Source: Phyllosticta citribraziliensis (taxonomy: Eukaryota). Taken from it: a stretch of DNA of 64,000 nucleotides. The notes beneath the pieces are model-generated. The model did not search any database and was not told the origin of the DNA. It saw nothing but the letters and a program-made list of their open reading frames with translations. Positions 37,731-51,539 of this stretch are shown piece after piece. The position numbers were made by a program, and so were the translations under genes. The stretch is from the NCBI RefSeq assembly GCF_038025025.1, contig NW_027117352.1, forward strand, positions 124,001-188,000, in the 5' to 3' direction. Numbering within the stretch: the stretch's first letter is position 1; every line of letters starts with the position of its first letter.

Positions 37731-39546
37731 TTACAACTCGTCGTGGCCCTCGACGCCCTCGTCGCCGTCCATGACGACCTCCTTGGCCTTCTCCGCCGCG
37801 CCCTTGACCTTGTCCTTGACCGAGTCCTTGACCTTGTCCTTGGCCTCGTCGACCTTCTCCGACGCCGCCGGCGCCTGCATGGGCTTCTGGTCGTCCTTCT
37901 CGTCGTCGACCTTGGGCGCCGTGTACGCGTCGACGCCGTGCGTGCCCTGCTCGGCGATGAACTTGGCCAGGTCCTCGACCGACCGCGACCCGCTGTACTC
38001 GACGGGCTCCGTCTTCTTGCCCGCGCGGTACAGCTTGATGGTTGGGAAGCCGGCAATCTCGTCGGGCACGTCGTTGGCCGTTGCGTCGATCTTGGCGATC
38101 TTGACCTTCTTGGCGAAGTCGCCCTTCTGGTAAAGCGATCCAAGTTCTTCGTACTTGGGGGCGAGACTGCGTGGGGGTTAGCTTTGTGGTGGAGGAAAAA
38201 AGGGGGCCAAGAGAAAACTTACGCCTTGCAGTGACCGCACCAAGGGGCGTAGAATTCGAGCAGGACGTCCTGGTCGTTCTCAATGACATCTTGCTCGTAC
38301 GTGTTGGCAACAACGACGTGGACGGGACTGTCCTGGGACTCGGGAGTAGGCTCCGACTTGATGCTGGGCTTGACCTTGCCGGCAGCGAAGTCGTCGACGT
38401 ACTTGCCGACCGTCTTAACCGTGAGCTTCTCCTCTTGGTCAAGAGGGAATTTTTGGTTCTTGACAGTGTCTTGGATGGCAAAGGCGGGCCACTTGCCGAC
38501 CTCAAGGTTAAGGTTGGCACCGTGTTGGCCAAACGTCTTTGCGTCAATGGTGGCAAAGTTGATGGCGCCCTTGTGCTTCTCAGCAATAGGCTTAAGCTCC
38601 TTGGCGAGCTTCTCGCGCTCCTCGGGAGTCTCGGCAAAGATGTAGGCAAGAGGCAGACCAGACTGCAATCGTCAGCACGCACTTGTACCAATTTGGGGTC
38701 AAGACTTACGGTCATGTAACCAGTGTAAGTCTCAGGACCAACCTCGCCAACAAGCGGCGTGGCGGCGGCCTTGATGAACTTTTGAAGTGCCTCCTTCTCA
38801 ATCTTCTTCTCCTTGTAAATATCCTTGCCATCGTCGAATGACTTGTATACCACAATGGCGGGCTGCTTGACACCCTCGGCCTTGGCGACATCGACGTCGT
38901 TGGTGGCGCCAAAGAGGTACTCGTCACGAAGGTTCTTCGCGACATCAGAGAAAGTCTCGTTCGTTGCCTTGTCGTCCTTGTCGAAGAAAGCCACCAGTAC
39001 GACCTTGTCTGCCGTCTTGAAGTCGGTGATGGTGTCCTTGGAGAGGGTAGACACGGCAGGCATGGACTGCTTGGTCATGTAGGAAATGATGCTACCATAT
39101 TTGTAAGCAATTGTCGTATGTCGGACAATTTTGCGAGTCAACTCACGCATCGGCTTTCCGTTGTCCTTGGTAGGGAGAAATGTTCTCGAGCCCGCGGAAG
39201 ACCTTGAGGGTCGGGTAGCCCTCAACACCGTGGTCGGAGCAGAGCTCGCCGTGTGCTGTGCAATCGACCTTGGCCAGCTTGATGTTCTTCTCCTTCAGTT
39301 GGGTGGCGGCCTCCTCATATTCGGGGGCGAGGGCCTTGCAATGGCCGCACCAGGGAGCAAAGACTAGGGCCGTTAGAGTGACAACTGTACATGGTAGCAG
39401 AGGAGGAACCTACACTCGGCGAGGACAAGTTCATTGTCCGAGACAAACTCGTTGAAGGTGTCCTTGGTGAGCTCATGAACGTCGGAAGCCGAGGCGAGGG
39501 CAGCGGCGCCAACGAGGCCGTAGAGAGCGGTGCGGAAGTTGCGCAT
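37731..39546 (-). CDS. PDI1: Protein disulfide isomerase
   Basis: Signal peptide [20 protein letters not shown]; two APWCGHCKA active sites; GYPTLK/GFPTIK; C-terminal HDEL; four introns. Confidence 0.97.
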
Positions 39547-39786
39547 AGTGATGGATTGAACCTGGAGGAGAGATGTCGACAATGGGGCCCACACGCCGGT
39601 TCAGATGAGACTCTCTGGGTGACGGGAGATGGGGCAGCGGTAGTTAAAAGTCCGGGGCAGAGGCAAGCTGGCCTTTCGCACGGTACGGGCAGCTTCCTTG
39701 GCGTTTGGGAGCTTGGGCCCTGAGGGGTCCATGTGCGTTGCCGTCCGGTGGGTGGAGACTGCGGACAGGCAGTGACAGGGCCGCTG

Positions 39787-39795
39787 CTTATATAA
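39787..39795 (-). promoter_or_regulatory. TATA box of PDI1
   Basis: TATATAAG on the minus strand about 245 nt upstream of the ATG. Confidence 0.5.
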
Positions 39796-40079
39796 TCACC
39801 CATGGGTAACCTTCGTCACTCCCGGGAAATGAAGCCACCGTTTGGCCTCTTGTACCTTATCGCCCTGCCTGCCACTCAAATGTCGCTTCACGGCTTCCAA
39901 TGTCTTCGATCTCGTCTTGCCTGACCAAACTCACGCTCCACCAAACACTTTGCCAACGCCCCCAACCCACTCCAACCAACCTAGCGCCCGCACGTGAAAC
40001 ACAAACGCACCTCGGTGACGGCACATGGGACCTGCATCATCTATTTGACAGCTCCCTCCAGTCTACTCTAGCCTCTATC

Positions 40080-42437
40080 TCACCGCCTTTCGACACCTTC
40101 GCCTAGCAGCGGCTGCGCTTCCGCCTCTCCCGCCGCAGGCGATGCGACGTTGCTCGTCCCTCTCACATGGTCCGGCTCCTTTCCCCTCGTCTCATTCAGT
40201 GCCCGTGACAAGGCCTCGCCGTCTGCGCGGCCCCGTTCGACGTCGACTGACCACAGTATCGGAAATGGCAACCCCACCAGAGCCGCGAGGAACCAAAATG
40301 CCTGCTGGCGTTAGCTATTACGACTGCGCCTCATGATTCTTTGACGTACCGGACGAATCTCCCCCGTTCTATCAGTAATCGCCCCCACCACCGCGGGGCC
40401 AAATATGCTGCTGCCCTTGTCTGTGATTGCGTAAAGCGCGTAGAAGGCAGCTTCGAAACCGGGAGGAATCAGCTCGCCGTATAGGCTGCGGCAGTAGCTT
40501 GACAGCCCCCCAAGCACAAATCCAAAGACGGCCCCAAGCGGGTACATTTCCCAAGGTTGCTGTAGTCCAAAGACTCCGAGTTTGCGTATGGCTGGTATGA
40601 AGCCGAGAAGACCGTAGATGGGGATGATTTCAAAGAGACAGATGCACACGAGAATCGTGTGTGCTGGCTTGAGCCCCATCATTACGGAAAGTCGACTCCA
40701 CGAGAAAGCGCCGACAATACCAGATATCGTGACGACGACGTTGATGAGGGCAACGGCGGCCGGCTTCATGTTCAACGACGTCTTGGCAAAAAGCACCGCC
40801 GTGCCGCTGACTGTCGCAATGGCATCGCTAAGAAGAAACCAGCCGGCCAGGAAAAGGAGAACATCCTTCAGCTTGCGGGCGTGCATTACTGTCCTTCCAA
40901 GAGATTTCCACGAGTAAGCAAAGTAGGCAAGCCAGGTCCGACTCTTGCCGCCGTGATTGGCTTGTAAGGGCGGTCCGGGCCTTGACTTGAGCCAGTACGA
41001 AGCTGGGATGGTGAAGATGAACCACCACGCGCCAACAACAAACAGCACTAGGCGGAGAGAAAAATTGGTGGAGCTTTTGTTGACTGTAATAACAAGAAAG
41101 ATGGCAAACGCTTGAACAAGAAGGGCGGCGATGTAGCCTATGCCGATGCCGTATGAGCTTATTTTGGAAGAGAGGGCCAATTCTTGAGATGGTGTCTGTT
41201 GGTTTTCAGATTAGCCAAGATACCGCTTCGACAGCGCAAAACCCCAAGACTTACGGCTGGCGATTTTGCCAGTGGCATTGTGAAATCTGCCGTCGATGAT
41301 CTGCGCAACAAGCCCGTCCTCGAGTCTGGTCTACTATGGTAAGGAGTTCCCTCGTCGTCCGCCTCGTCCACGATTGCGCCCTCCGCTGAAGAACTATATT
41401 CGTCGTCGTCTTCGTAGTCTTCATACGGCCGGACCGTAGGATGATTGCGGACGAGCAGGGGGAGAAAGGAGTTGAGCAACACGTTGGATGCGCCGTACGC
41501 GGTATTAGCGATTATGGCCAGCAGTGCCCCAAGAAGGAATACTGGAGGAGTAACGGGCAGGAACAGCATGGTAGCAACCGAGCCAATTGCTGCAAAAGTG
41601 ACGAGCAGGGTCTTGCGATATTGGCCGTGGTCTGCGGCGCCGGACATGGATATGATCAACAGTGCCTGTACGAGGACGCTGATGGAGAACGTGTACATGG
41701 CAAAGCTGGCAGTGTTGATCTCAACCCCGAGGACGTAGACAACACATTGCACCGTGTCTGGGGAGGGCGGTTTCGAGAGCAAGCCATGTGGCTGGGGGGC
41801 CGGAACGTCGAATGAAGACCTGCATGGCGTCGTCTTGTCTGAATGCAACACACCCACCTCTCGCGCAAGCTGCTCAAGAGTTATGGGGATGAAGGAGCCT
41901 TGAGCAATGTGGTCAGCCTAGCCAGAACGGCCATGTCAAAGTCGAGATCTGGGAAATGGGCGTGTCGAGCTCAGCGCCGTTTGACGGAGCTACGTGCCGT
42001 TCTCCGCATGGAAAAAGGCTTGTGCGCGGACCAGTATTTCCCAGAACCAAGATGTAGCGTAGCGGTCGAGGGCTTACCAACACCACAGACGACAAAGACC
42101 TTGCGGACAAGATCAGCGACTGGTTTTTCGGGTTGACTTGTACATTCAAGAGGCGTACCTCGGCGGCCCATCCATAGACATAGAAGCCAAACAGCTCGCG
42201 CCTCGAGGTAGGCGTCGTATCTTCGCCAGGGTAGAGCGGGGCGGCGGGTGGGAGGGCGGGCTCGGAGTCGGGGCCCATGATGGAAGAGTCGTAGATTACA
42301 GATTGCTCATCGTCGGCGCTGTAGGAAGAGTGGAAGGAGAGCTTTGAGAAGGTGGACGACTGTCGCGGCGGCAGCGAAGGGCGAGGTGGTGTTGATGGAG
42401 GATCAGCTGGTGGCGGTGGTGGTTTGCGCGGCACCAT
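40080..42437 (-). CDS. ATG22: Vacuolar amino-acid efflux MFS transporter Atg22
   Basis: [84 protein letters not shown]; multiple TM segments; exact start uncertain. Confidence 0.92.
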
Positions 42438-43057
42438 GACGGAGCGCAAGCTGGGGTTGGTGGGTACGTGCGAGGGGCGGGGGAGGGAGGGACAGGGGCT
42501 TTGTCCAAACAACAATCGGCCTCTTCACGCGTCCATGTCGACAACGAAGTGGAAAAAAGTACAGAGAGAAAGACAGCAGAGGAACCGAGGACTCGAGAAG
42601 TGGAGCATCTGGCGATAGACAGGCGCGTGATCGAGCCAGCAACGGCCAGCGGCCTATGTTCCCTGCTCCCGCCAGGTGACGGCGGCCAAAAGCCGGCCGA
42701 GCTGGATAGCCTCAGCCGACACTTGGCTGCCCTGATGCACATGGACGCGCAATGCCATCGTGAGAGATGGAGTTGCGCTGCGCGCGGTCGACGTCGGGCC
42801 TTGGGGTGTTTTCCTGCTGGGGAGTTGCATCGACGAGACTGGTGGGTTTGCATAGACATGCAGCTCATCTGCAACGCTCTACCCTAGAGCAAACCACGAC
42901 CGTGGTGAGGTGGAAACGCAACCAGGCAAACCGACGGCGGAGGATGGGACCTGCATCAAACGCTGATCTGCCGCCGTCCTGGTTTCAGCAGCGCACGAGG
43001 TCATCATGGCCGTATCACAAGGAACTTGTCGAGAGGGCGGGCCCAACGGCCATGATG

Positions 43058-43355
43058 GGACAAGGACAAGGACATGGACATGGACATGGAGCGAGAGAAT
43101 GTATAACTATAGGTACAATAGGTACATGCCTATAGAGAACAACTACACGCACCTACAGCGTCGGTGGCGTGGCCTTGGCAGCCGTCCAGATGCGGGCACC
43201 ACGACATCACTGCCGCCGACCGACCGCGCCGCGCCGCTCCAATCTGCGCTGCACCCACTACCTTGCCCTACCCTACCCTTCCCTACCCTACAGTACCTTG
43301 CCCGACCACCACTCCACTCCACTCCACTCCACCCTCTCACTCTCACTCTCACTCT
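43058..43355. repeat. Compound microsatellites in the ATG22/MED14 divergent promoter ((GGACAW)n, (CCCTA)n, (CTCCA)n, (CTCTCA)n)
   Basis: Read directly from the sequence. Confidence 0.75.
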
Positions 43356-43718
43356 CGCCATCAAACAAACCCACCCCAGCTCTACTCAACCACCACCGCC
43401 GCCCGAGCCAAACACTTCGCGCCCTCCGCCGCCCGCGCTCCGCCCGAACCGCCTCATCGCACCCTCGTCTTGCCTTGCCCGTTGCGCCCGCCAGCCCACC
43501 GCCCTCCGCCGCGCCTTTGCGCCGTCATCCCGCCCGCCGTTTGGAACCCATCCACGACCCCTCCTCTCTTCTCTCAGCCCGCCATCCTCGCCGCGACCCT
43601 GTCCCACCGCCTCCCCTAATCATTCAAGATACCGTTGGCCGGGCACAAGGACGAGGACGCGCTCGCGGGGGCGCTGGGGAAGTCCGGCGACGGCGACGAC
43701 GGCGTGAAGGGGGAGAGC

Positions 43719-46700
43719 ATGCCTGGAATTGTCTCCATGGATCGCAATGGCCTGCACGGCGCCGCAATGAGCAAGAAAGATGACGTCCCAACCAAGGTCA
43801 ACGGCCAAATCCCACTCTCTCAATTCGACAGTCCCTCGGATATGAATCCAAGTCATGCCACCAACGGCGCACCATCGTCGTCTCGATCGCCGCCTCTCGA
43901 CATGTCGCAACCTCCGCCCGAACTGCCCAAGCTCGAGGAGTGCTACTTGCCCTTTGGCAGGCTCCTCGGGCGCGTCGCGCAGGAGACCAACAACACGCTC
44001 GGCGACCTGCTTGAAAAAATGTCAAATCTTCAAATCAGCCCGGCGCAAGCTCTGACCAACGGAGTCAACGGTCACTTGCCCAACGGCGACGCAACCCCGC
44101 CCGCTACCAGCGACGCCAGGAAGAGGATGCTGCTCGACTGGGCTTGGGAGGAGAGGGAAAAGTTTGTCAAGCTGTTGGTTCTCTCCAAATGGGGCAGAAG
44201 AGCAGACGACGTCACTCGCTTGATTGAGCTCAACATGTGGCTCTCTGAACAAGAAAGATCCTACGACGATGCTGCAACGTGGATCGGCCACCTCAAACTC
44301 AACATGCAGAGAGCAATGGACCCATCCCCGGACCTCAAGACTGCGCTCGAGGTTTTGAGCACTGGTAAAGTAGCGGCCATGCCAGATGTACGTTCTGCTG
44401 TTACATCCAATCCACGCACAGAGCTAACCGGAATAGCTGGGCTACGTGCCCTCTGAGCCTCCAAGTCCGCAGCAAATGCTCAAGACTGTTGCGAACGTGA
44501 ATGCGCTCCTCTCCATCCGCATCAATTTGCATGAAGAATTACCCCGCCAATTGCAAGACTGGACCATAGCCCATGGGCGAGCGACATTTGTTGTTCCTTC
44601 GGAATTCGAACTGGACGTTTCCATAGCAGACGAGGACCCGTCTACGCCCTTTTTCATTGTTGATGTCAGATTTCTTTTCTCTCCCAAGCCGGACGTTTCC
44701 GACGATCTTTTTCGAGAATACATTGAACCGGAGGCCAATCGCGTCCTCGCCAGTTCCGGGCTTGCTGGCTGCTACAACTGGCTCCACGGTTTCGTGCTCA
44801 CGCACAAGATAACGACTTTGAAGGCGCAAGCAGATGAATTGGCGGCCACGGCGTGGGCTGGTGCTCTTTACGTGAAGCAAATCCACCGGTCTTTGATTGT
44901 GCAGTATTGGATAGATACCCCTGGTGCGAAAAGCTGGATCGAGATTGGAGTATCCAGCGGAAGGCCCAAAGACGGCAAGGTCTCCTGGCGTGGCCCAAAT
45001 CCCCCGGAAATATCTCTCAAATGGGTGCGTAAAGGCACGCCTGTCGAGCATATCCCCATCAAAGTGGACTGGACCTCTCTCTCTCTTGAGAGCATATTAA
45101 AAGCCATCGTCGCCCTTCACATCAATTTCATTTTCGAGTCGACCCGAGACCACTTGTATGACTTGGTCCCTGGGGCCTCGGGACTCTCCGTGGGCCTGGA
45201 GACTTCGGATCAAGAGCCAACAGACTGCTGTCTTGCGGTGAAGCCAGGAAGCTTGTCCCGCTCAACCGAAGTCAGGATAGATCCACTCTCTGGCCGGCTA
45301 TCATTCCAGCCATCAACGGCCCGGTCAACTCAAGCCGAACATGAAATCAACTCAAAGGACTTGCTTACCGACGTGGCCTCGAGAACAGAGACACTGATCT
45401 GCACGGACCTCAAGTTACGTATTGACAAGCAAGCGGAAAATGCTGGTTGGGTCCGCATACGGAATGTCAACATCAAGCGTGAGACCACGGCGGAAAATGT
45501 GGGACAAAAGGTCGTTGCTCAAAGCTTCTACCGTGGCAATGGATGGAAGTCGAATTGGGTCATTGGTTTGACTATCGATTTGACTGGCGAGAGCTGGTGG
45601 CTCTTTGAACTGTAAGTGACGCCGACTCAGGACCGTCTTTAACACTAACATTACTAGTGACGACAACAAAGTGGCAAGCAGAATTCACAGTTCGATGTCG
45701 ATATTAGGCTTGCACAACAGGCGGAAGAGACCCGTCTCACAAGATTTCCTCCAAGCGCTGGAACGCTTGACTGTGTCCGAAGCGACCTATGCCGTTGCAA
45801 TGAAAGAGCTCTCCCGAATCAACGTCCACTACGCTCTACGATCAGAAAAGCGGTGTCAGCCGCAACTCCCAGAGCGGCCCTCGAATGCCCCCGTACTCTT
45901 CCTCGAGGTCGGTCCCCTTGCTGGAGACAGAGGAACCGACGGCGCCTGGGCTCACAGCATTCTCAAATTTTCCCACTGCGGCTTCGAGAGAAAGAGTCGT
46001 CGTATCATTCTTCTCATCGAGGGCCGCATGGCTCAACGCCAGCCCGACGTCGAGTTGGCTTCTGCCCAAGGCGACGATGTCACGTTCAACAGCGACGGCA
46101 CCTTTACGATTACGCTGCAAACTGAGCTTGGACAACCATTCATGCACAGCGTCATGAGCCGCCTCAAGCGCATCGAGCGTGTAGGCAGCTACATGGATGT
46201 CATCAAAACCCACAGCCTCCGCTTCGAGCATCTTGGCCTCTCGCGGATGGTGGTTCGCTACGGTGGAAAATTCAAAGTCGATATTCATTTCCCCGAAGGC
46301 GAACCAACACAGCTCGTCCTGGATTCGAAAAACCCGCACAGGCGTATCTTAGGGCTCTTGCGGCGTGCGCTGAACGACCCCAACACGGGCTTTGGCTATT
46401 TCATGCGCAACCTCCTCCTCACCCTGCCTGTCATGCAAGCTTTTGACGCCATCCAATCAAGTGCACCTTCATATCCTCACCCGATTGTCCACAATCGAGA
46501 CTTGCTCTGGTACCGCATCAGCTACGAAAACCCGCCTACGAACTTTGACTTACGATTACGACCTCGCAATGACGTGCTCGAGTGGTATCTCCACGACCCC
46601 CTTTCCTCGACTCCCAGCAATCACAACAATGCCAACAACAATCAGCAGCAGCAACCCGTCCGCGCCCCCGAATACGCTGCGGCAATCAAGGAGATGCTCA

Positions 46701-47206
46701 AACAGCGCGTGCCCCGGTGGAGAGGCATTCGCTCTGGCATCATCGCCGAGTCGGACGGCATCAAAGACGCGATCATCAAGCTCGACGAGGTGGTCAAGCG
46801 TTTTCAGCAGCGTCCGCCGCCTGGAGGCCAGCCGCCACAGCCGCAGCCGCAGCCCCAGGCGCAGCCAAAACCTCGCCAGCAACAGCAACCGCCGTCCAAC
46901 CAGCACCACCAACAGAAACAACCCCCTCAAGGACAGCAACATCATTCTGGGCCGCACCACCAACCGCAACTGCACCAGCGTCCGCCCGGACCGGGAATGC
47001 AGCCGCACCACGTCGGCCCGCACGGCCAGCACCAGGGGCAGCGGCCTCCTCCCCCAGGCGGCATGGCGCCGCGCGCGCCACAGGCGCCCATGCAGAGCAT
47101 GGGAAGCATGCAGCAGCGACCGCCGCCGCCACATCAGCAACAGCAGCAGCCGGGGGGTGGGCCGGGGCCAGGCAAGGGCCACGAGGTCATCATGTTGGAT
47201 GATTGA
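43719..47206 (+). CDS. MED14: Mediator of RNA polymerase II transcription subunit 14 (Rgr1)
   Basis: YLPFGRLLGRVAQET, REKFVKLLVLSKW, PSPDLKTALEVLSTG, GRATFVVPSEFELDVSIADEDP..FFIVDVRFLF; introns 44388-44436 and about 45612-45657; Q/P-rich tail ending EVIMLDD. Confidence 0.92.
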
Positions 47207-47666
47207 TTGGACAGGCGATTCTGGCTCGATGCATGGCTCTTTTATCGACATGGTCGAAGAGGCGGCGGTGGAGTGGGTGAATTGATGTGCGGGTGGGTGC
47301 ACGGTGCTGCTTGCTTGCTGGCTGACTGGATGGTTACCTGCTGGTATGGTGACTTGACCCAGGAAGGGTTTCTGCGGATGCGGATCGGCCAGACTGACTT
47401 GCTCGTCTGTCTGTCTGTCTGGCTGGCTCGAGACAGGCCAGCCCAGACCAGGCCAGGCCGACCATACTTCGTATGTACATACACATACGAGCATACTAGA
47501 CTGGACTAGACTGGACTGAGCCGAGTTGATTTGAATCAAGTGGAGTCGCTCCAGCAAACCAAAATGGCACCTCGCTTCACCTCACCACTCCTCACCTGCA
47601 CATGCACCCTGAGTGCGTGCTTGGGAGCAGCGCATTCCTTCGGTCCTTCAGATGCGGCAAATGCAC

Positions 47667-47743
47667 GCAGGTGGGAGGCTTCGAGCGCAGACAGACAGGT
47701 GCGTGCGTGCAGGGGAGGCTTCGAGCGCAGACACAGACAGGTT
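47667..47743. repeat. ~40-bp imperfect tandem duplication (GGGAGGCTTCGAGCGCAGACA...) amid (GTCT)/(CAGA) repeats between MED14 and SRO7
   Basis: Two copies starting at about 47673 and 47713. Confidence 0.75.
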
Positions 47744-48348
47744 GATGGCTGTGGGACGTGGTTGGGTGCCTTAGGATCATACCGGCAGGCAAGCAGGCAG
47801 ACGAGTAAACAGGCAGACAGTGGGTCAGACAGGACAGACAGGTAGGACAAGACAGGGTATTGATATTTTTCTTCTGGGTTTTGCGAAGTGAATGAAATGA
47901 AAGGACGATCCAACGGACAAATAGAGCACGGATGGATGGATTGAGTCAACGAATGAATGTGCGTTGAATGGTTTACTTGGCTGTCTTGTGGTGAGGCGAG
48001 GTGAGGCAGTGCGAGTGTGGGATCGGGATTGTGGAGAGGTCTCGGTCAAGAAGAGGAGGAGCGAACGGCGAGGAATGATTCCATGCTGTCGGTTGCCCTC
48101 CCTGTCTAGTCGGCCACTGAGCTAAAGTCTTGATGTTATGTATGTGTGTATGTATGCTGCTTACTCGGCTGGTAGGACGGACAGGATAGGACGGCTGATT
48201 TGAAGCAAGCAGAAGAAGAGCAAGAAAGTGATGGATAAAGATAAATCCTTTGATCATCTCACAGAGCCCACCCACCCCATCCTTCCATTCATTCCCCGAG
48301 CAAGGCACCCCATCAAAAACCGAAACCAACACCCCCACCCACAACCCC

Positions 48349-51300
48349 TCAAAACCCAAACTTGCTCTTCATCGCCCCCATAACCATGCCCCTCTTCTGC
48401 TTCGCCACAAACTTCTGCACGTCGTTCGCAAACCCAGCGCTATTATTCTCGAGGCGATCCATATTATCGCTCATGATGCCCAACCGCTCCGTCCGCTCAT
48501 TGATGGCCTTGGTCATCTGCGCCCAATAGCTGGCATCCTGATTGCCGGAGGCACTGGAGGACCCGTCGCCCGCGGCGCCCGCCGCGCGTTCCGCGTCGCT
48601 GATTTTGGACTGCCGCTCGGCGTCGTAGCGGGCGCGCTCCTCGGCGCGCATCTCGGCGACCATGCGCTTCGAGGGCGGGCGGTCGGGCCCGGAGATGAGC
48701 AGGTCCATGTCGGCGGGTGTGATGTACTGCGTCCCCGAGAGCCACTGCAGGTTGGAGATGGTGGGCCGCGGCGGCACGGCCATGTTGGGGTTGAAGAGGG
48801 CGTCGTCGTTCTTGTCCGTCAGCTGGAGGCCCTGGCCCCAGACGTTGACGAGGGCGAGCTCGGCGGGGCCGACCCAGCCTAGTATGTCGCCGCTCGACGT
48901 GATGGTTGCGTCGCTGAGGCGCCGCGCGTCTAAGATGTGCCCGATGGGGGTAGAGGCGATTTCTTTGAGCGCCGGGAGTGTGTAGGCGCGCACACAACCG
49001 TCGCCGAAGAGGCCAACGAGTGCGTAGCCATGGTCGGCGAGGTGGGTTATGGCGGCGCTGTCGCAGAGGAACTCATCCCAGGATTTGGATGCGCCCTTGG
49101 AGCTTGCGGGTTTGAAGATGCGGGCGCCGGATTGGGTCACGGCAACGAGGACACCATTGACCTTGATGCCTTCTCTCAGATTGGCCATTGCGCGCGGCGT
49201 TGCATATGCTGGAGCTCCAGTGTTGGCTGAGATGGGAGCTATGCGAATGACGCGGTCGTCCAGGGCCACAGCGCCACAAAAGTCGACACGGTATCGGCCG
49301 TCAGACTCGGGCAGCAGCTTGAAGGTTGCAAGACGGCCAAGATTTGTGCCGACATGAAGGAGAACGCTGGAGTAGTCGTCGCTATCAAGAGTCATAATCT
49401 ACCATGGTCAGTGTTTCGTCCTCTCCGACAGTCTGAGGCGACTTACGCTAAATTCGATTGATGTCGGGAATTCTGGCTGCATTGGAGCGCTGCTGCTGCT
49501 CTTCCTGAAGCTAGACCTCTTATCCTGCTTGATAAAGTCTGTCATGCTTGCGTGGAATATGATGGCAGGTCCCCTGAGATCCATCACCACCAAGCTTCCC
49601 CCTTCAAAACCTGCAGCAACGAAGCCGACATCTGACAGTTTGACTGCCGTGACAGGTCCGTTTTGGTCGTCCAACAACGTAAAGGGCATCAGGCCTTGAG
49701 ACAGGGCAGGATCCCTCCGATTGACAATATTGGTCAACTTCTTGACCTCGTTCTCGCCAGGGGGTGGCGGCTCGACGCCAATATGGGGATTGGAGCCCCA
49801 GCGGAAGATGACTAATTCGCCACTTCGCAGACCAGCTGCAAGCTCGCCAGAGGTTCCCGCAAGGGAAAGCTTCGAAACTTCGACATTTTCCTGCCTGCCA
49901 ACGGCACGAGCGCAGTCAGCTTGAAGAACAGCTTCGTTTTCAATCTCGTCACCGTGTCCGGCGTCCCAGAGACGAATTGTGCCGTCAGCATGCGCAGTCG
50001 TCACAACATTGCGGCTTTCAAACCGCTTGAGGGGCTTCTTGGCCGCTATTCCACCCTTAACGAAGGCAGGGCCACGAGACCGGCGCTCGGCCATCCCGAG
50101 CCATCTGGTCCGATCCACTGGCGAGAGGGTAAATTGGTTGACGAATGGGTGGACAAAAGTCATGGAGACATGGAGCTGGTTCGTGGGAGAAATTGGCAAG
50201 CCGCTCGGGAAGCTCATTGAAATGATCTCTCCAGAGGAGAGGGTTGCAAGAACGGCAATGGGGTCGTGAGCGCCAGCAAAGTGAGGGCTCTCACGGGGTA
50301 TCAAACAAAAATCAACGACTGAAGCGTTGGGTGGAGTAGGAAGAATTCGCTGGCGCTGGGGATCCTCAAAGTGTTTGGAAAGCGCCTGCCAAGGGGTCGT
50401 GTTGTAGACGGGAGTTCTCCCGAGTTCTAAGAGTGTGAGGCCCTTGGTTGGTAAGTCGGAAGAGGCACCGCCAGCGATGAGAATGGCTGTGTTATCAGGA
50501 TCCTGCCCATTTGCACACCAAGCTATTTTGAGGATCGGTTCTCTCGGGGCAAACGTTCCTGCGGTGCTCGCGCCACCTGGAATGTGGACGTTGGTGTCCG
50601 ACAAGGTCCGCGCCATGATGATGCGGCTTTGTTTGGGGTCTTTGCCGTCTTTGGGATCCCAAATTACAATGCTGCCATCCTCGTGCCCCGTCAAGATAAA
50701 GGTTCCAGTTGGGTGCCAAACCGCCTGCGTCAGTCTTGGATTTCTTGCCATTTTGGCGGCCGCGGGGTCCGAGTCTCCACCAGGAGCACCAGCAGGCAAG
50801 TGGTAGTGAAAGTATCGCTGGACTTCATTCTGCTTGAATGTATAGACCACCGCACCCTCGTTGTATCCAATCAGGAGCTTGCCCACGTCGCGGGGATGGA
50901 GACTCAGCGTAATGACGGGCGATAGTCGTGCCCTTTGCTCAAAGTCTTTCCAGAAATAGGGTATTCTGAAAGGTGCGAGGCATTCCCGATCAAGGTCGTA
51001 CGCCATGACATCGCCTATTGTCCACATCAACACAAGGGTTGGGTTGTTTTTGCCAAGAGCCTACCGTTCTGCAAGCCTAGGAATGCATAGTCCAGCGTTG
51101 GGTCGGTGTGTAGGGCGGTTACGTTTCCTGGCGGCGAAAACGACGCCAGCAAATTCTTCGTCTCCAGCGAAAACACTGAAAAGTCATGCTTCGAGTCTAA
51201 GCAGACAATCTTGTCGGCGCAGAATTGGAGGGTAACGACGGAGGCCTTGGTTGGCAGCTTGAAGACGACTCGCACGCGCGCTTCGCCGAAGACGTAGATC

Positions 51301-51539
51301 TGACCGCAGCCAAACTGCGAATCCTTTGTGCCGACAGCGATGAGGGATTGCACGGGGTCGTAGGCTATTTGGGCGATTTGCGAGTTGATGCCGAAGCGGT
51401 TGATCTGTGCAGCGAGTTAGGCAGAAGCAAAGCAGGCAGGATGGAGGTTTACCTCGTCGAGCATGAACAGGTCCGGGGCCAGACCTGCAGAGAGATCATT
51501 GTCAATACCGGCTTGCTTGCCCCTGAGAAAATGTGACAT
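48349..51539 (-). CDS. SRO7: Lethal giant larvae/tomosyn homolog Sro7/Sro77 (WD40 propellers plus C-terminal SNARE-like coil)
   Basis: MSHFLRGKQAGIDNDLSAGL; AYDPVQSLIAVGT; LHPRDVGKLLIGY; C-terminal INERTERLGIMSDNMDRLENNS; three introns. Confidence 0.92.

Noticed and set aside
37594..39228. 544-aa ORF taken as a single protein
   Set aside because: Chimera of one real PDI1 exon with intron read-through and off-frame sequence
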